Made by a program: the position numbers and the translations under genes. From UHGV virus genome UHGV-0366749: DNA of 34,495 bases; one strand, given 5' to 3'. Below the pieces are notes generated by a model. That model had not been told where the DNA came from, did not search any database, and saw only the letters and a program-made list of their open reading frames with translations. This stretch comes from a virus. Shown one piece after another: positions 18,875-27,103 of the stretch (position 1 is its first letter; the number at the start of each line of letters is the position of its first letter).

Positions 18875-19370
18875 ACGCTGCCTTGTCGGGGCCGTGCTGG
18901 CTATTGCTGCCACGCTGCCGGGGTTTCAGCAGCTTCACACCTCCGTGGAGGGGCTGAAACTGATTGCCGATTACGAAGGTTGTCGTCTGCAGCCGTATCA
19001 GTGCAGCGCGGGTGTCTGGACCGACGGCATTGGAAATACGTCGGGCGTCATTCCCGGCAAAACAATCACGGAACGACAGGCAGCAGAAGGGCTTATTTCC
19101 AACGTGCTGCGTGTGGAGCGGGCGCTGGAAAGGTGTGTGAAGCAACAGCCGCCGCAGAAGGTATATGACGCTACGGTGTCGTTTGCCTTCAACGTGGGAA
19201 CGGGCAATGCCTGCAGTTCTACGCTGGTGAAATTGCTCAATCAGCGGCGCTGGGCAGAAGCGTGCCGACAGTTGCCGCGCTGGGTTTATGTGAAAGGTGT
19301 GTTTAATCAGGGGCTGGATAACCGCCGTGCGCGGGAGATGGCCTGGTGCCTTAAAGGAGCTGGATTATGA
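18855..19370 (+). CDS. Endolysin, T4-lysozyme-like glycoside hydrolase, possibly signal-anchor-release type
   Basis: EGLKLIADYEGCRLQPYQCSAGVWTDGIGNT catalytic region preceded by a weakly hydrophobic Ala/Gly-rich N-terminus. Confidence 0.8.
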   Translation: MNPSIVKRCLVGAVLAIAATLPGFQQLHTSVEGLKLIADYEGCRLQPYQCSAGVWTDGIGNTSGVIPGKTITERQAAEGLISNVLRVERALERCVKQQPPQKVYDATVSFAFNVGTGNACSSTLVKLLNQRRWAEACRQLPRWVYVKGVFNQGLDNRRAREMAWCLKGAGL

Positions 19371-19795
19371 CGCGTGCGCTGGCGGTAGTGGCGGCGCTGG
19401 CACTCGTTGCGCTGGGCTGGCAGTCGTGGCGGCTTAACAGCGCCAGCCACACCATCGAAACGCAGCGCGCGGCGCTGAAAAGTAAAGCGCACGAACTAAC
19501 GAAGAAAAATAGCCAGCTGATCAGTCTGTCCATTCTGGCTGAAACCAATAACCGGGCGCAGGCGCGGCTCTATGCCGAAGCAGAACAGACCAGCGCGCTG
19601 CTGAGACAACGACAACACCGGATCGAGGAACTGAAACGTGAGAACGAGGATTTACGCCGCTGGGCTGATACTCCTTTGCCTGCTGACATTATCCGGCTGC
19701 GGGAACGTCCGGCACTCACCGGAGGTGCAGCTTACCGTCAGTGGTTGTCCGCGAGTGACGCCGTGTCGGCTGGAGCAGGCAGCGCCGCGCACTAA
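19367..19795 (+). CDS. lysB: Inner-membrane spanin (Rz / LysB-like)
   Basis: N-terminal TM helix followed by a charged coiled-coil; follows the endolysin gene. Confidence 0.7.
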   Translation: MTRALAVVAALALVALGWQSWRLNSASHTIETQRAALKSKAHELTKKNSQLISLSILAETNNRAQARLYAEAEQTSALLRQRQHRIEELKRENEDLRRWADTPLPADIIRLRERPALTGGAAYRQWLSASDAVSAGAGSAAH

Positions 19796-19928
19796 CGGTG
19801 ATCTGAACGCATTGCTGGATGAAACGGAGGCCGCCTGGGCGGTCTGTGCAGACAAAGTGGACATGATTATTGCGTGTCAGGAGCGAAACAGTGAACAAAC
19901 CACAATCCCTGCGCCACGCCCTCAATAA
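19638..19928 (+). CDS. lysC: Outer-membrane lipoprotein spanin (Rz1 / LysC-like), overlapping lysB in another frame
   Basis: Signal peptide with lipobox LSGC; starts inside lysB and ends beyond it (overlapped architecture). Confidence 0.65.
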   Translation: MRTRIYAAGLILLCLLTLSGCGNVRHSPEVQLTVSGCPRVTPCRLEQAAPRTNGDLNALLDETEAAWAVCADKVDMIIACQERNSEQTTIPAPRPQ

Positions 19929-20322
19929 AGCAGTGCCTTATGTCCGCAATAACCCGGATAAGCTGCATCTGTTTGTGGATAACGGTTCGCTGGTTGCCAC
20001 GGGGGCCAGCTCCATGTCATGGGAGTACCGTTATACCCTCAACGTGGTGATTGAGGATTTCAGCGGCGACCAGAATCTGCTGATGGCCCCGGTTTTGCTG
20101 TGGCTGCGTGATAACCAGCCCGATGCCATCAATAATCCGGCGTTACGGGAAAAGTTATTCACCTTTGAGGTGGATATTCTGCGCAACGATGTCTGTGATA
20201 TCAGCCTCAACCTGCAACTGACGGAACGTGTGCTAGTCAGCACTGACGGAAGTGTGTCGAGCGTTGAAGCAGTAGCGGAACCCGATGAACCTGAAGAAAT
20301 GTGGACGGTGAAACGTGGCTGA
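19891..20322 (+). CDS. R: Tail completion protein (P2 gpR family)
   Basis: Position and size; start set at the in-frame GTG after AGGAG (the listed ORF begins at an upstream ATG, 19870). Confidence 0.7.
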   Translation: MNKPQSLRHALNKAVPYVRNNPDKLHLFVDNGSLVATGASSMSWEYRYTLNVVIEDFSGDQNLLMAPVLLWLRDNQPDAINNPALREKLFTFEVDILRNDVCDISLNLQLTERVLVSTDGSVSSVEAVAEPDEPEEMWTVKRG

Positions 20323-20767
20323 ACTGCAGAAGGTGGACGACTGGCTGAGTGCTTTGCTGGCGAATCTGGAACCAGCCGCAAGAAGCCGAATGATGCGCCA
20401 GCTGGCGCAGGAACTGCGCCGGACACAGCAGCAGAATATCAGGATGCAGCGCAATCCAGATGGCAGCAGTTATGAGCCGCGCAGGGTAACAGCACGCAGC
20501 AAGAAGGGGCGCATCAAACGTCAGATGTTTGCAAAGCTGCGCACCACAAAATACCTGAGAACTGCCGCCAGCGCGGATTCTGCCAGCGTACAGTTTGAAG
20601 GTAAGGTACAGCGTATTGCCCGTGTTCATCACTACGGTCTGCGCGATCGCGTCAGTCCAAAGGGGGGAGTCATTAAGTATCCATCCCGAAAATTGCTGGG
20701 TTTAAATGAACATACTGAAAATGAAGTAAGAGATTTACTTTTAAAGTATTTATTGATGAAAAATTAG
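20315..20767 (+). CDS. S: Tail completion / virion morphogenesis protein (P2 gpS family)
   Basis: Position and size; the 3' end runs into AT-rich DNA. Confidence 0.7.
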   Translation: MAELQKVDDWLSALLANLEPAARSRMMRQLAQELRRTQQQNIRMQRNPDGSSYEPRRVTARSKKGRIKRQMFAKLRTTKYLRTAASADSASVQFEGKVQRIARVHHYGLRDRVSPKGGVIKYPSRKLLGLNEHTENEVRDLLLKYLLMKN

Positions 20768-20772
20768 AATGT

Positions 20773-21303
20773 TTACGCTCTTAATAAACTTAAATAACTT
20801 TTTATGCTTTGGCAAAAAGGGAAAAGGTCTATTTTAATTTTCCAGTTTTTTTTGTTTTGAACCCCAGAAGCAATAATAGAACCGTCCCAATATTTTATTC
20901 CATTTTTGCCGGTCTTTTTTGTTAACTCAAAACTTAATGCGTGAATAATTTTATTGCAGCATTCGCGTATAGAATCTTTAACATGACCATCTATAACAAA
21001 AAGTATATTTTCATGTTCTTCAAATGCTTCTTTCTCAGGTGAGTAATCTGGGTTCCACTCATGTTCACTAGTGTCTTGGAGAATTCGTAGTTTTGTACAA
21101 AGGCTAATAAGATTGTTGCTAATGGTATATTCCAACCATCCGTTGTACGATAACTCCTCCATTTCAAATTCAGTTACTATAGAACCATCATATACTTTCT
21201 GTGTGGAATATATACGCTGTAAATAAAATTCAGATGAACAGCATAATTGCTCAATTATTCTTGCGTGTTCTTCTATAGCGTAATAATCAATTGGATGGCT
21301 CAT
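20773..21303 (-). CDS. Uncharacterised 176-aa protein encoded by an AT-rich insertion between S and V
   Basis: Reverse-strand ORF in a low-GC block between two conserved late genes. Start set at the second ATG (MSHPIDYY…) after an AAAGG-type RBS; the first ATG is at 21342. No recognised motif and no TM segment. Confidence 0.6.
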   Translation of the reverse strand: MSHPIDYYAIEEHARIIEQLCCSSEFYLQRIYSTQKVYDGSIVTEFEMEELSYNGWLEYTISNNLISLCTKLRILQDTSEHEWNPDYSPEKEAFEEHENILFVIDGHVKDSIRECCNKIIHALSFELTKKTGKNGIKYWDGSIIASGVQNKKNWKIKIDLFPFCQSIKSYLSLLRA

Positions 21304-21334
21304 TCTTTTACCTTTCTTTGATTGGAATTGTATT

Positions 21335-21352
21335 TGTGTCATTTACCACACA
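21335..21352. promoter_or_regulatory. Possible late-promoter TGT-N12-ACA element upstream of V
   Basis: TGTGTCATTTACCACACA, 47-64 bp upstream of the V start; weaker match than the O and FI elements. Confidence 0.25.
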
Positions 21353-21398
21353 AGGACGTATTGATGCCATAGATTCAAGGTCCGTGCAACCTAACCCT

Positions 21399-21977
21399 AT
21401 GAACGCACAACTAACCGAAATCATGCGCCTTATCACCAACCTGATCCGCACTGGTGTAGTCACCGAAGTGGACCGGGAAAACTGGCTTTGCCGGGTGAAA
21501 ACGGGCGAGCTTGAAACCAACTGGATCAGCTGGCTGACGCTGCGTGCCGGGAATGCCCGCACATGGTGGCGACCATCGGAAGGTGAGCAGGTGGTGCTGC
21601 TGAGTCTGGGCGGCAATCTGGAAACTGCCTTTGCGCTGCCCGCTGTCTATTCGAATCAGTTCGCACCACCGTCGACGTCGGCAGACGCCTGCGTGACAGA
21701 ACATCCTGACGGCGGCTGGTTTGAATACGAACCCACTACCGGGCGCTGGTATGTCAGGGGCATCAAATCAATGGTCATTGAGGCCGCTGACAACATCACC
21801 ATGAAAACCAGTGAGTTTGTACTGGAGGCTGACCGCACGCGCATTAACAGCGAAGTGGTGATCAATGGTGGCGTTACCCAGGGCGGCGGAGCGATGAGTT
21901 CTAACGGGATCGTGGTTGATGCGCATCAGCATACTGACGTCCTGAAAGGCGGCGACACAACCGGAGGCCCGGTATGA
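21399..21977 (+). CDS. V: Baseplate spike/assembly protein (P2 gpV family)
   Basis: N-terminus MNAQLTEIMRLITNLIRTGVVTEVD resembles P2 gpV; start taken at this ATG rather than the upstream ATG at 21291. Confidence 0.85.
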   Translation: MNAQLTEIMRLITNLIRTGVVTEVDRENWLCRVKTGELETNWISWLTLRAGNARTWWRPSEGEQVVLLSLGGNLETAFALPAVYSNQFAPPSTSADACVTEHPDGGWFEYEPTTGRWYVRGIKSMVIEAADNITMKTSEFVLEADRTRINSEVVINGGVTQGGGAMSSNGIVVDAHQHTDVLKGGDTTGGPV

Positions 21978-22333
21978 CGCTTTATAGCGGGATGAACAAT
22001 ACCAGCGGTAAAGCCATTACTGATATTGATCATCTGCGCCAGTCGGTGCGGGACATTTTGCTGACGCCGCAGGGTAGCCGCATTGCCCGTCGGGAATATG
22101 GTTCCCTGCTGTCGGCACTGATAGACCAGCCACAAAATCCGGCATTACGCCTGCAGGTCATGTCGGCAGTGTATGTGGCGCTGAGTCGCTGGGAGCCACG
22201 GCTGACGCTGGATTCCATCACCATTAACAGCAATTTTGACGGTTCAATGGTGGTGGAGCTGACCGGGCGGCGTAATAACGGTGTGCCTGTTTCCCTTTCC
22301 GTATCAACAGGAGCAGAGAATGGCAGTGATTGA
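21974..22333 (+). CDS. W: Baseplate wedge protein (P2 gpW family)
   Basis: 119 aa, start overlaps the V stop, canonical position. Confidence 0.8.
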   Translation: MTLYSGMNNTSGKAITDIDHLRQSVRDILLTPQGSRIARREYGSLLSALIDQPQNPALRLQVMSAVYVALSRWEPRLTLDSITINSNFDGSMVVELTGRRNNGVPVSLSVSTGAENGSD

Positions 22334-23228
22334 CCTTTCGCAGTTGCCTGCGCCGCAGATTGTGGATGTGCCGGACTTTGAGACGCTGCTTGCCGAACGC
22401 AAGGCAGAATTTGTGGCGCTTCATCCGAAAGATGAGCAGGAAGCAGTGATCCGCACGCTGGAACTGGAATCTGAACCCGTCACCAAATTGTTGCAGGAGA
22501 ATGCTTACCGTGAGTTGCTTCTGCGCCAGCGCATTAACGAAGCCGCGCAGGCGGTGATGGTGGCTTATGCCATAGGGGGCGATCTGGACCAGCTCGCCGC
22601 CAACTACAACGTGAAACGCCTGACGGTGACGCCTGCTGATAATGACGCTGTGCCGCCCGTTGCAGCTGTGATGGAAAGCGATGAAGCGTTACGCCTGCGT
22701 GTGCCTGCAGCCTTTGAAGGGCTTTCAGTTGCGGGGCCAACTGCAGCTTATGAATTTCATGCCCGAAGCGCCGACGGTCGGGTGGCGGATGCCAGTGCAA
22801 CCAGCCCGGCACCTGCAGAGGTGGTGCTGACTGTCCTTAGCCGCGAAGGCGATGGAACTGCAGAAAAAGACCTGCTGGACGTGGTGGAAAAAGCTCTGAA
22901 CAGTGAGAACGTCCGCCCGGTGGCTGACCGTCTTACGGTTCGCAGCGCAGAAATCATCCCGTATCGCGTGGAAGCCACCATTTTTCTCTATCCGGGACCG
23001 GAAGCAGAGCCGGTAATGGCAGCGGCAAAAGCCAGTCTGCAGAAGTACATTGCCAGCCAGACGAGGCTTGGTCGGGATATTCGCCGTAGCGCCATCTTTG
23101 CTGCTCTGCATGTTGAGGGTGTTCAACGTGTGGAACTGGCTTCTCCGCTGGCGGATGTGGTCCTGAACAAAACACAGGCGGCATCATGTACGCAGTGGAG
23201 CGTAACCAACGGAGGAACGGATGAATAG
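22320..23228 (+). CDS. J: Baseplate protein (P2 gpJ family)
   Basis: Strong similarity to P2 gpJ (MAVIDLSQLPAP…SRLGRDIRRSAIFAALHVEGVQRVELASPLADVVL…); start at the ATG after CAGGAG. Confidence 0.9.
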   Translation: MAVIDLSQLPAPQIVDVPDFETLLAERKAEFVALHPKDEQEAVIRTLELESEPVTKLLQENAYRELLLRQRINEAAQAVMVAYAIGGDLDQLAANYNVKRLTVTPADNDAVPPVAAVMESDEALRLRVPAAFEGLSVAGPTAAYEFHARSADGRVADASATSPAPAEVVLTVLSREGDGTAEKDLLDVVEKALNSENVRPVADRLTVRSAEIIPYRVEATIFLYPGPEAEPVMAAAKASLQKYIASQTRLGRDIRRSAIFAALHVEGVQRVELASPLADVVLNKTQAASCTQWSVTNGGTDE

Positions 23229-23826
23229 TCTGCTGCCACCGGGTTCAACTTCACTGGAGCGCCGACTGGCGCAAACCTGTAGCGGGATTTCTGATCTGCA
23301 GGTGCCGCTGCGTGACTTGTGGAATCCGGCTACCTGTCCGGTCAGCTTCCTGCCTTATCTCGCCTGGGCGTTCTCTGTGGATCGCTGGGACGAGGGCTGG
23401 ACAGAAAGCGTCAAACGCCAGGTAGTGAAGGATGCTTTTTATATTCATCAGCATAAAGGAACTACCAGTGCCGTGCGGCGGGTGGTGGAACCGTTCGGAT
23501 TCCTGATCCGCATTATTGAGTGGTGGCAGACCGGAGAAACACCGGGCACGTTTCGCCTGGATATCGGCGTGCAGGACCAGGGCATCACTGAAGATACCTA
23601 TCTGGAACTTGAGCGGCTGATAAGCGATGCCAAACCATGTAGCCGTCACATGATCGGCATGTCCATCAATCTGCAGACCAGCGGTCCGCATTGGGTGGGG
23701 GCCGCCAGCTATCTTGGCGAAGAAATCACGATCTATCCGTATATCAACGAAACAATTATTTCCGGCGGCACCGCGCATGAAGGCGGGGCGGTCCATGTTA
23801 TTGACACAATGAGAGTGAATCCATGA
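23221..23826 (+). CDS. I: Baseplate protein (P2 gpI family)
   Basis: Position between J and the tail-fibre gene, overlapping both. Confidence 0.8.
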   Translation: MNSLLPPGSTSLERRLAQTCSGISDLQVPLRDLWNPATCPVSFLPYLAWAFSVDRWDEGWTESVKRQVVKDAFYIHQHKGTTSAVRRVVEPFGFLIRIIEWWQTGETPGTFRLDIGVQDQGITEDTYLELERLISDAKPCSRHMIGMSINLQTSGPHWVGAASYLGEEITIYPYINETIISGGTAHEGGAVHVIDTMRVNP

Positions 23827-25214
23827 GCACAAAATTTTATACCCTGCTGACGGATATTGGCGCGGCGAAACTTGCCAGCGCCGCCGCGCTCGGTGTGCCG
23901 CTAAAAATTACCCATATGGCGGTGGGCGATGGCGGCGGAACATTGCCAACGCCGGACGCCAAGCAGACAGCATTGGTAAATGAGAAACGCCGGGCTGCGC
24001 TGAATATGCTCTATATCGACCCGCAGAACAGCAGCCAGATTATTGCTGAACAGGTGATCCCTGAAAACGAGGGCGGTTGGTGGATACGTGAAGTGGGCCT
24101 GTTTGATGAGTCCGGGGCATTGATTGCCGTGGGCAACTGCCCGGAAAGCTATAAGCCGCAACTGGCTGAAGGCAGCGGGCGTACCCAGACCGTGCGCATG
24201 GTGCTGATTACCAGCAGCACGGACAATATCACCCTGAAAATCGACCCTGCCGTAGTGCTGGCAACCCGCAAGTATGTGGATGACAAGGTACTGGAGCTGA
24301 AGGTGTACGTGGATGATCAGATGGCAAAACATCTTGCCGCACCGGACCCGCATTCACAGTATGCACCCAAAGAAAGTCCGACGTTTACCGGGACACCAAA
24401 AGCGCCAACTCCAGCGGCAGGGAATAACACCACGCAGGTTGCGACCACCGCGTTTGTTCAGGCGGCACTGACGGCTCTTATTAATGGTGCGCCAGCCACG
24501 CTGGACACGCTGAAAGAAATAGCCGCAGCCATTAACAATGATCCGAATTTCAGTACCACCATTAACAATGCGCTGGCACTGAAAGCGCCGTTGTCGAGTC
24601 CGGCACTCACCGGAACGCCAACAGCCCCCACTGCTGCACAGTCGGTCAACAATACACAGATTGCCACCACGGCTTTTGTGAAATCGGCGATTGCAGCAAT
24701 GGTAGGTTCTGCACCTGCGGCACTGGATACACTGAACGAACTGGCGTCGGCGTTGGGGAATGATCCGAACTTTGCCACGACAATGCTTAATGCGCTGGCA
24801 GGTAAACAACCGCTGGACAATACGCTGACTAATTTGAGTGGAAAGGATGTCGCTGGTCTTCTCGCATTCCTTGGTTTGGGAGAAGCCAGATATGTCATTC
24901 AGCGAGGAGCTAATGCCAATGGTGCGTGGATACGCTGGTCAGATGGTGCAATAGAAGTATTTGGAACTGGTGGTTCCAATGATAATGGGCTGGCTAAAGT
25001 CGTTTATCCAATTGCACTACCTAAGCTTTCACGTTTTATCAGCATAGCGGAAAGAATAAGAACAGATTACGAGGCCACACCTAATAACGTTCACGTTTCA
25101 ATGATCGTGGATGACCAGGTCAGTAATACAGGTTTTTATGTCCGCTGCCAGATGTACGACGGAAGACCATCAACAAGTGCTTTTTCCTGGAGAGTTTATT
25201 GTGCGCCTGTTTAA
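23823..25214 (+). CDS. H: Tail fibre protein (P2 gpH family); C-terminal part lies inside an invertible segment
   Basis: 463 aa with tail-fibre-type internal repeats (…NNTTQVATTAFV… twice); the reading frame crosses the left crossover site at 24871..24890. Confidence 0.85.
   Translation: MSTKFYTLLTDIGAAKLASAAALGVPLKITHMAVGDGGGTLPTPDAKQTALVNEKRRAALNMLYIDPQNSSQIIAEQVIPENEGGWWIREVGLFDESGALIAVGNCPESYKPQLAEGSGRTQTVRMVLITSSTDNITLKIDPAVVLATRKYVDDKVLELKVYVDDQMAKHLAAPDPHSQYAPKESPTFTGTPKAPTPAAGNNTTQVATTAFVQAALTALINGAPATLDTLKEIAAAINNDPNFSTTINNALALKAPLSSPALTGTPTAPTAAQSVNNTQIATTAFVKSAIAAMVGSAPAALDTLNELASALGNDPNFATTMLNALAGKQPLDNTLTNLSGKDVAGLLAFLGLGEARYVIQRGANANGAWIRWSDGAIEVFGTGGSNDNGLAKVVYPIALPKLSRFISIAERIRTDYEATPNNVHVSMIVDDQVSNTGFYVRCQMYDGRPSTSAFSWRVYCAPV
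24871..24890. repeat. Left crossover site of the invertible segment (hix/gix-like)
   Basis: ttggtttgggagaagccaga is the exact reverse complement of 26308..26327; the left copy lies inside the tail-fibre ORF (encoding GLGEAR). Confidence 0.6.
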
Positions 25215-25398
25215 TCCTGTTACTTTGACTGAAGTAATCCCCGGTCTTCATGACGTGACCGGGGCTGTGGAATTACCAGAAGATAACTGGTTTTTTACTG
25301 CATCTGAAATCCCTGAAGGAATGGAAATATCTGTTAACGAGAAGGGCGAACCCATTCTGATTGAGATTAAACCATCTCAGGTGGAACTGGCCAGATAA
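25201..25398 (+). CDS. Putative tail-fibre assembly chaperone (current orientation)
   Basis: Short ORF just after H inside the invertible segment. Start is uncertain (GTG 25201 after GGAGAG, or ATG 25138). Confidence 0.35.
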   Translation: MRLFNPVTLTEVIPGLHDVTGAVELPEDNWFFTASEIPEGMEISVNEKGEPILIEIKPSQVELAR

Positions 25399-25633
25399 CC
25401 CCCGGCGTGGTGCTGGTATCTGATTCCATCACCGCGTCGATATTACCAACATCATATTCAGTCATTTCCGGTTCCGGTGGCGCTATAAACTCTCCGTCAG
25501 AATAGAACCAACCGACGCCTGCATCTATATGATCAATATTTATAATTTCGCAGTTAGAGAATAAATCACCATCTCCATCCCAGATAATAATATTTTTCAC
25601 CACGCCATGTTCAATCAGAGCAAAATTACTCAT
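25367..25633 (-). CDS. Alternative tail-fibre assembly chaperone (Tfa-like), silent in this orientation
   Basis: 88 aa ending …GVIWPVPPEMV, matching the conserved WPxPP C-terminus of Tfa proteins as recalled; GAGGAG RBS. Confidence 0.55.
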   Translation of the reverse strand: MSNFALIEHGVVKNIIIWDGDGDLFSNCEIINIDHIDAGVGWFYSDGEFIAPPEPEMTEYDVGNIDAVMESDTSTTPGVIWPVPPEMV

Positions 25634-26327
25634 CAGGCATACTCCTCAACAATAACTATTCCCGGGGCACCGTCACCTCCCGATTGAGCCTCACTTCCGG
25701 CAGGTGCGCAGGCTCCGCCTCCGCCAGCACCAAAGCCCTCAGCTTTACCACCACCACGTCCGCTGAATGATGAAGAACTTGCACCACCTATACCGCCTGA
25801 ACCTAGTGGTGTATCCCCCCCGGTACCACCTGCAACAGCTTTAACAGAGATAACCATTGCACCTGGTGTTTTTGCACTACAGCGAAATGCTCTTAGTACA
25901 GTACCGGACGATGTCGGACTGGCACCCCATGAAATACCCTGAATATATGATGTGTTTGCAGATGCTCCCCCCGCGCCACCGCCTGTACCACCCGGTGCAG
26001 TTATCAGGGAACCGAAATAAGTTGTGCCACCTTCACTACCTGAATTTCTTCCGGCTCCCCCCCCTTTACCTGCAGCACCGATAATAACGTTGACTTCGAA
26101 ATCATTATCAACCTCGAAAAATGCTTCAATAAATGCACCGCTCAATCCAGCTCCGGCTGTTGCCTGCTGATTTTCTGTTGTTTCTGGAACCCCACCGCCG
26201 CCGCCACCGCCACCAGAGGCAATGACCCTTATCTTTTTTGTCCCTGGTGTTGGGATATATTTTCCAGAGCTTTTAAAAATATTCGTGTTTAACAAACGAC
26301 CAGAGAATCTGGCTTCTCCCAAACCAA
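25633..26327 (-). CDS. Alternative Gly-rich tail-fibre C-terminal exon (promoterless), fused to H after inversion
   Basis: Reverse-strand frame continuous from the right crossover site (encoding GLGEAR in the same frame as H) through a Gly-rich region to the stop at 25633. Confidence 0.55.
26308..26327. repeat. Right crossover site of the invertible segment
   Basis: tctggcttctcccaaaccaa, reverse complement of 24871..24890. Confidence 0.6.
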
Positions 26328-26388
26328 CGTTTATGAAAATGCAGAGATAACGGCTAACTGGCATCATCTCCGGTTTTTATTCAGGGGG

Positions 26389-26961
26389 ATGATCATGCTT
26401 ATTGGCTATGTACGCGTGTCAACAAATGACCAGAACACCGATTTGCAACGTAATGCACTGAACTGCGCGGGATGTGAGCGGATTTTTGAGGATAAAATCA
26501 GTGGCACTAAGTCCGACAGACCGGGGCTGAAAAAGCTGCTCAGGACACTATCGGCAGGAGACACGCTGGTTGTCTGGAAGCTGGACAGGTTGGGGCGCAG
26601 TATGCGGCATCTTGTTACGCTGATAGAGGAGTTGCGCCAGCGTGGTGTGAATTTCCGAAGCCTGACTGACAGTATTGATACCAGTACCCCAATGGGCCGT
26701 TTCTTTTTTCATGTCATGGGTGCCCTGGCTGAAATGGAACGCGAACTGATAGTTGAACGTACTAGGGCAGGGCTGGCTGCAGCTCGTGCCAAAGGCAGAG
26801 TAGGTGGACGCCGTCCTAAGTTGACCACCGAACAGTGGGCACAGATTGGGCGTTTACTCGAGGCCGGAGAATCAAGACAGCGTATTGCACTGATTTTTGA
26901 TGTGGGTGTTTCCACAATTTATAGAAAATTTCCGGCAAATAAGAGTAATGAATCCCCCTGA
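26389..26961 (+). CDS. Serine DNA invertase (Hin/Gin/Cin/Pin family)
   Basis: N-terminal GYVRVSTNDQ… resolvase/invertase catalytic motif with Ser, and a C-terminal HTH; 190 aa. Confidence 0.9.
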   Translation: MIMLIGYVRVSTNDQNTDLQRNALNCAGCERIFEDKISGTKSDRPGLKKLLRTLSAGDTLVVWKLDRLGRSMRHLVTLIEELRQRGVNFRSLTDSIDTSTPMGRFFFHVMGALAEMERELIVERTRAGLAAARAKGRVGGRRPKLTTEQWAQIGRLLEAGESRQRIALIFDVGVSTIYRKFPANKSNESP

Positions 26962-27009
26962 ATCAGCATTATTTTGATTATCCCTGCAAGTAGACAAATA
27001 CCGTCATTT

Positions 27010-27027
27010 TGTGTGAATAACGGTACA
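27010..27027. promoter_or_regulatory. Candidate Ogr-dependent late-promoter element upstream of FI
   Basis: TGTGTGAATAACGGTACA (TGT-N12-ACA), 77-94 bp upstream of the FI ATG. Confidence 0.4.
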
Positions 27028-27103
27028 ACTGCGCTTAGCTGTTTGTCAGGCACAATCACTTCAACATAGGGCGAAGCCTAATCCAATCAGGAGGTTCGCC
27101 ACT

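Larger units (their letters stand above)
24871..26327. mobile_element. Invertible tail-fibre host-range segment (Mu G / P1 C / e14 P type)
   Basis: About 1.46 kb bounded by 20-bp perfect inverted repeats, containing two convergent sets of tail-fibre C-terminus plus chaperone, with a Gin/Hin-family invertase gene adjacent. Confidence 0.6.

Noticed and set aside
26328-26367. First 13 codons of the 244-aa minus-strand ORF (MMPVSRYLCIFINV…)
   Set aside because: They lie outside the inverted-repeat crossover site; the Gly-rich frame is a promoterless exon fused to H only after inversion, not an independent gene.
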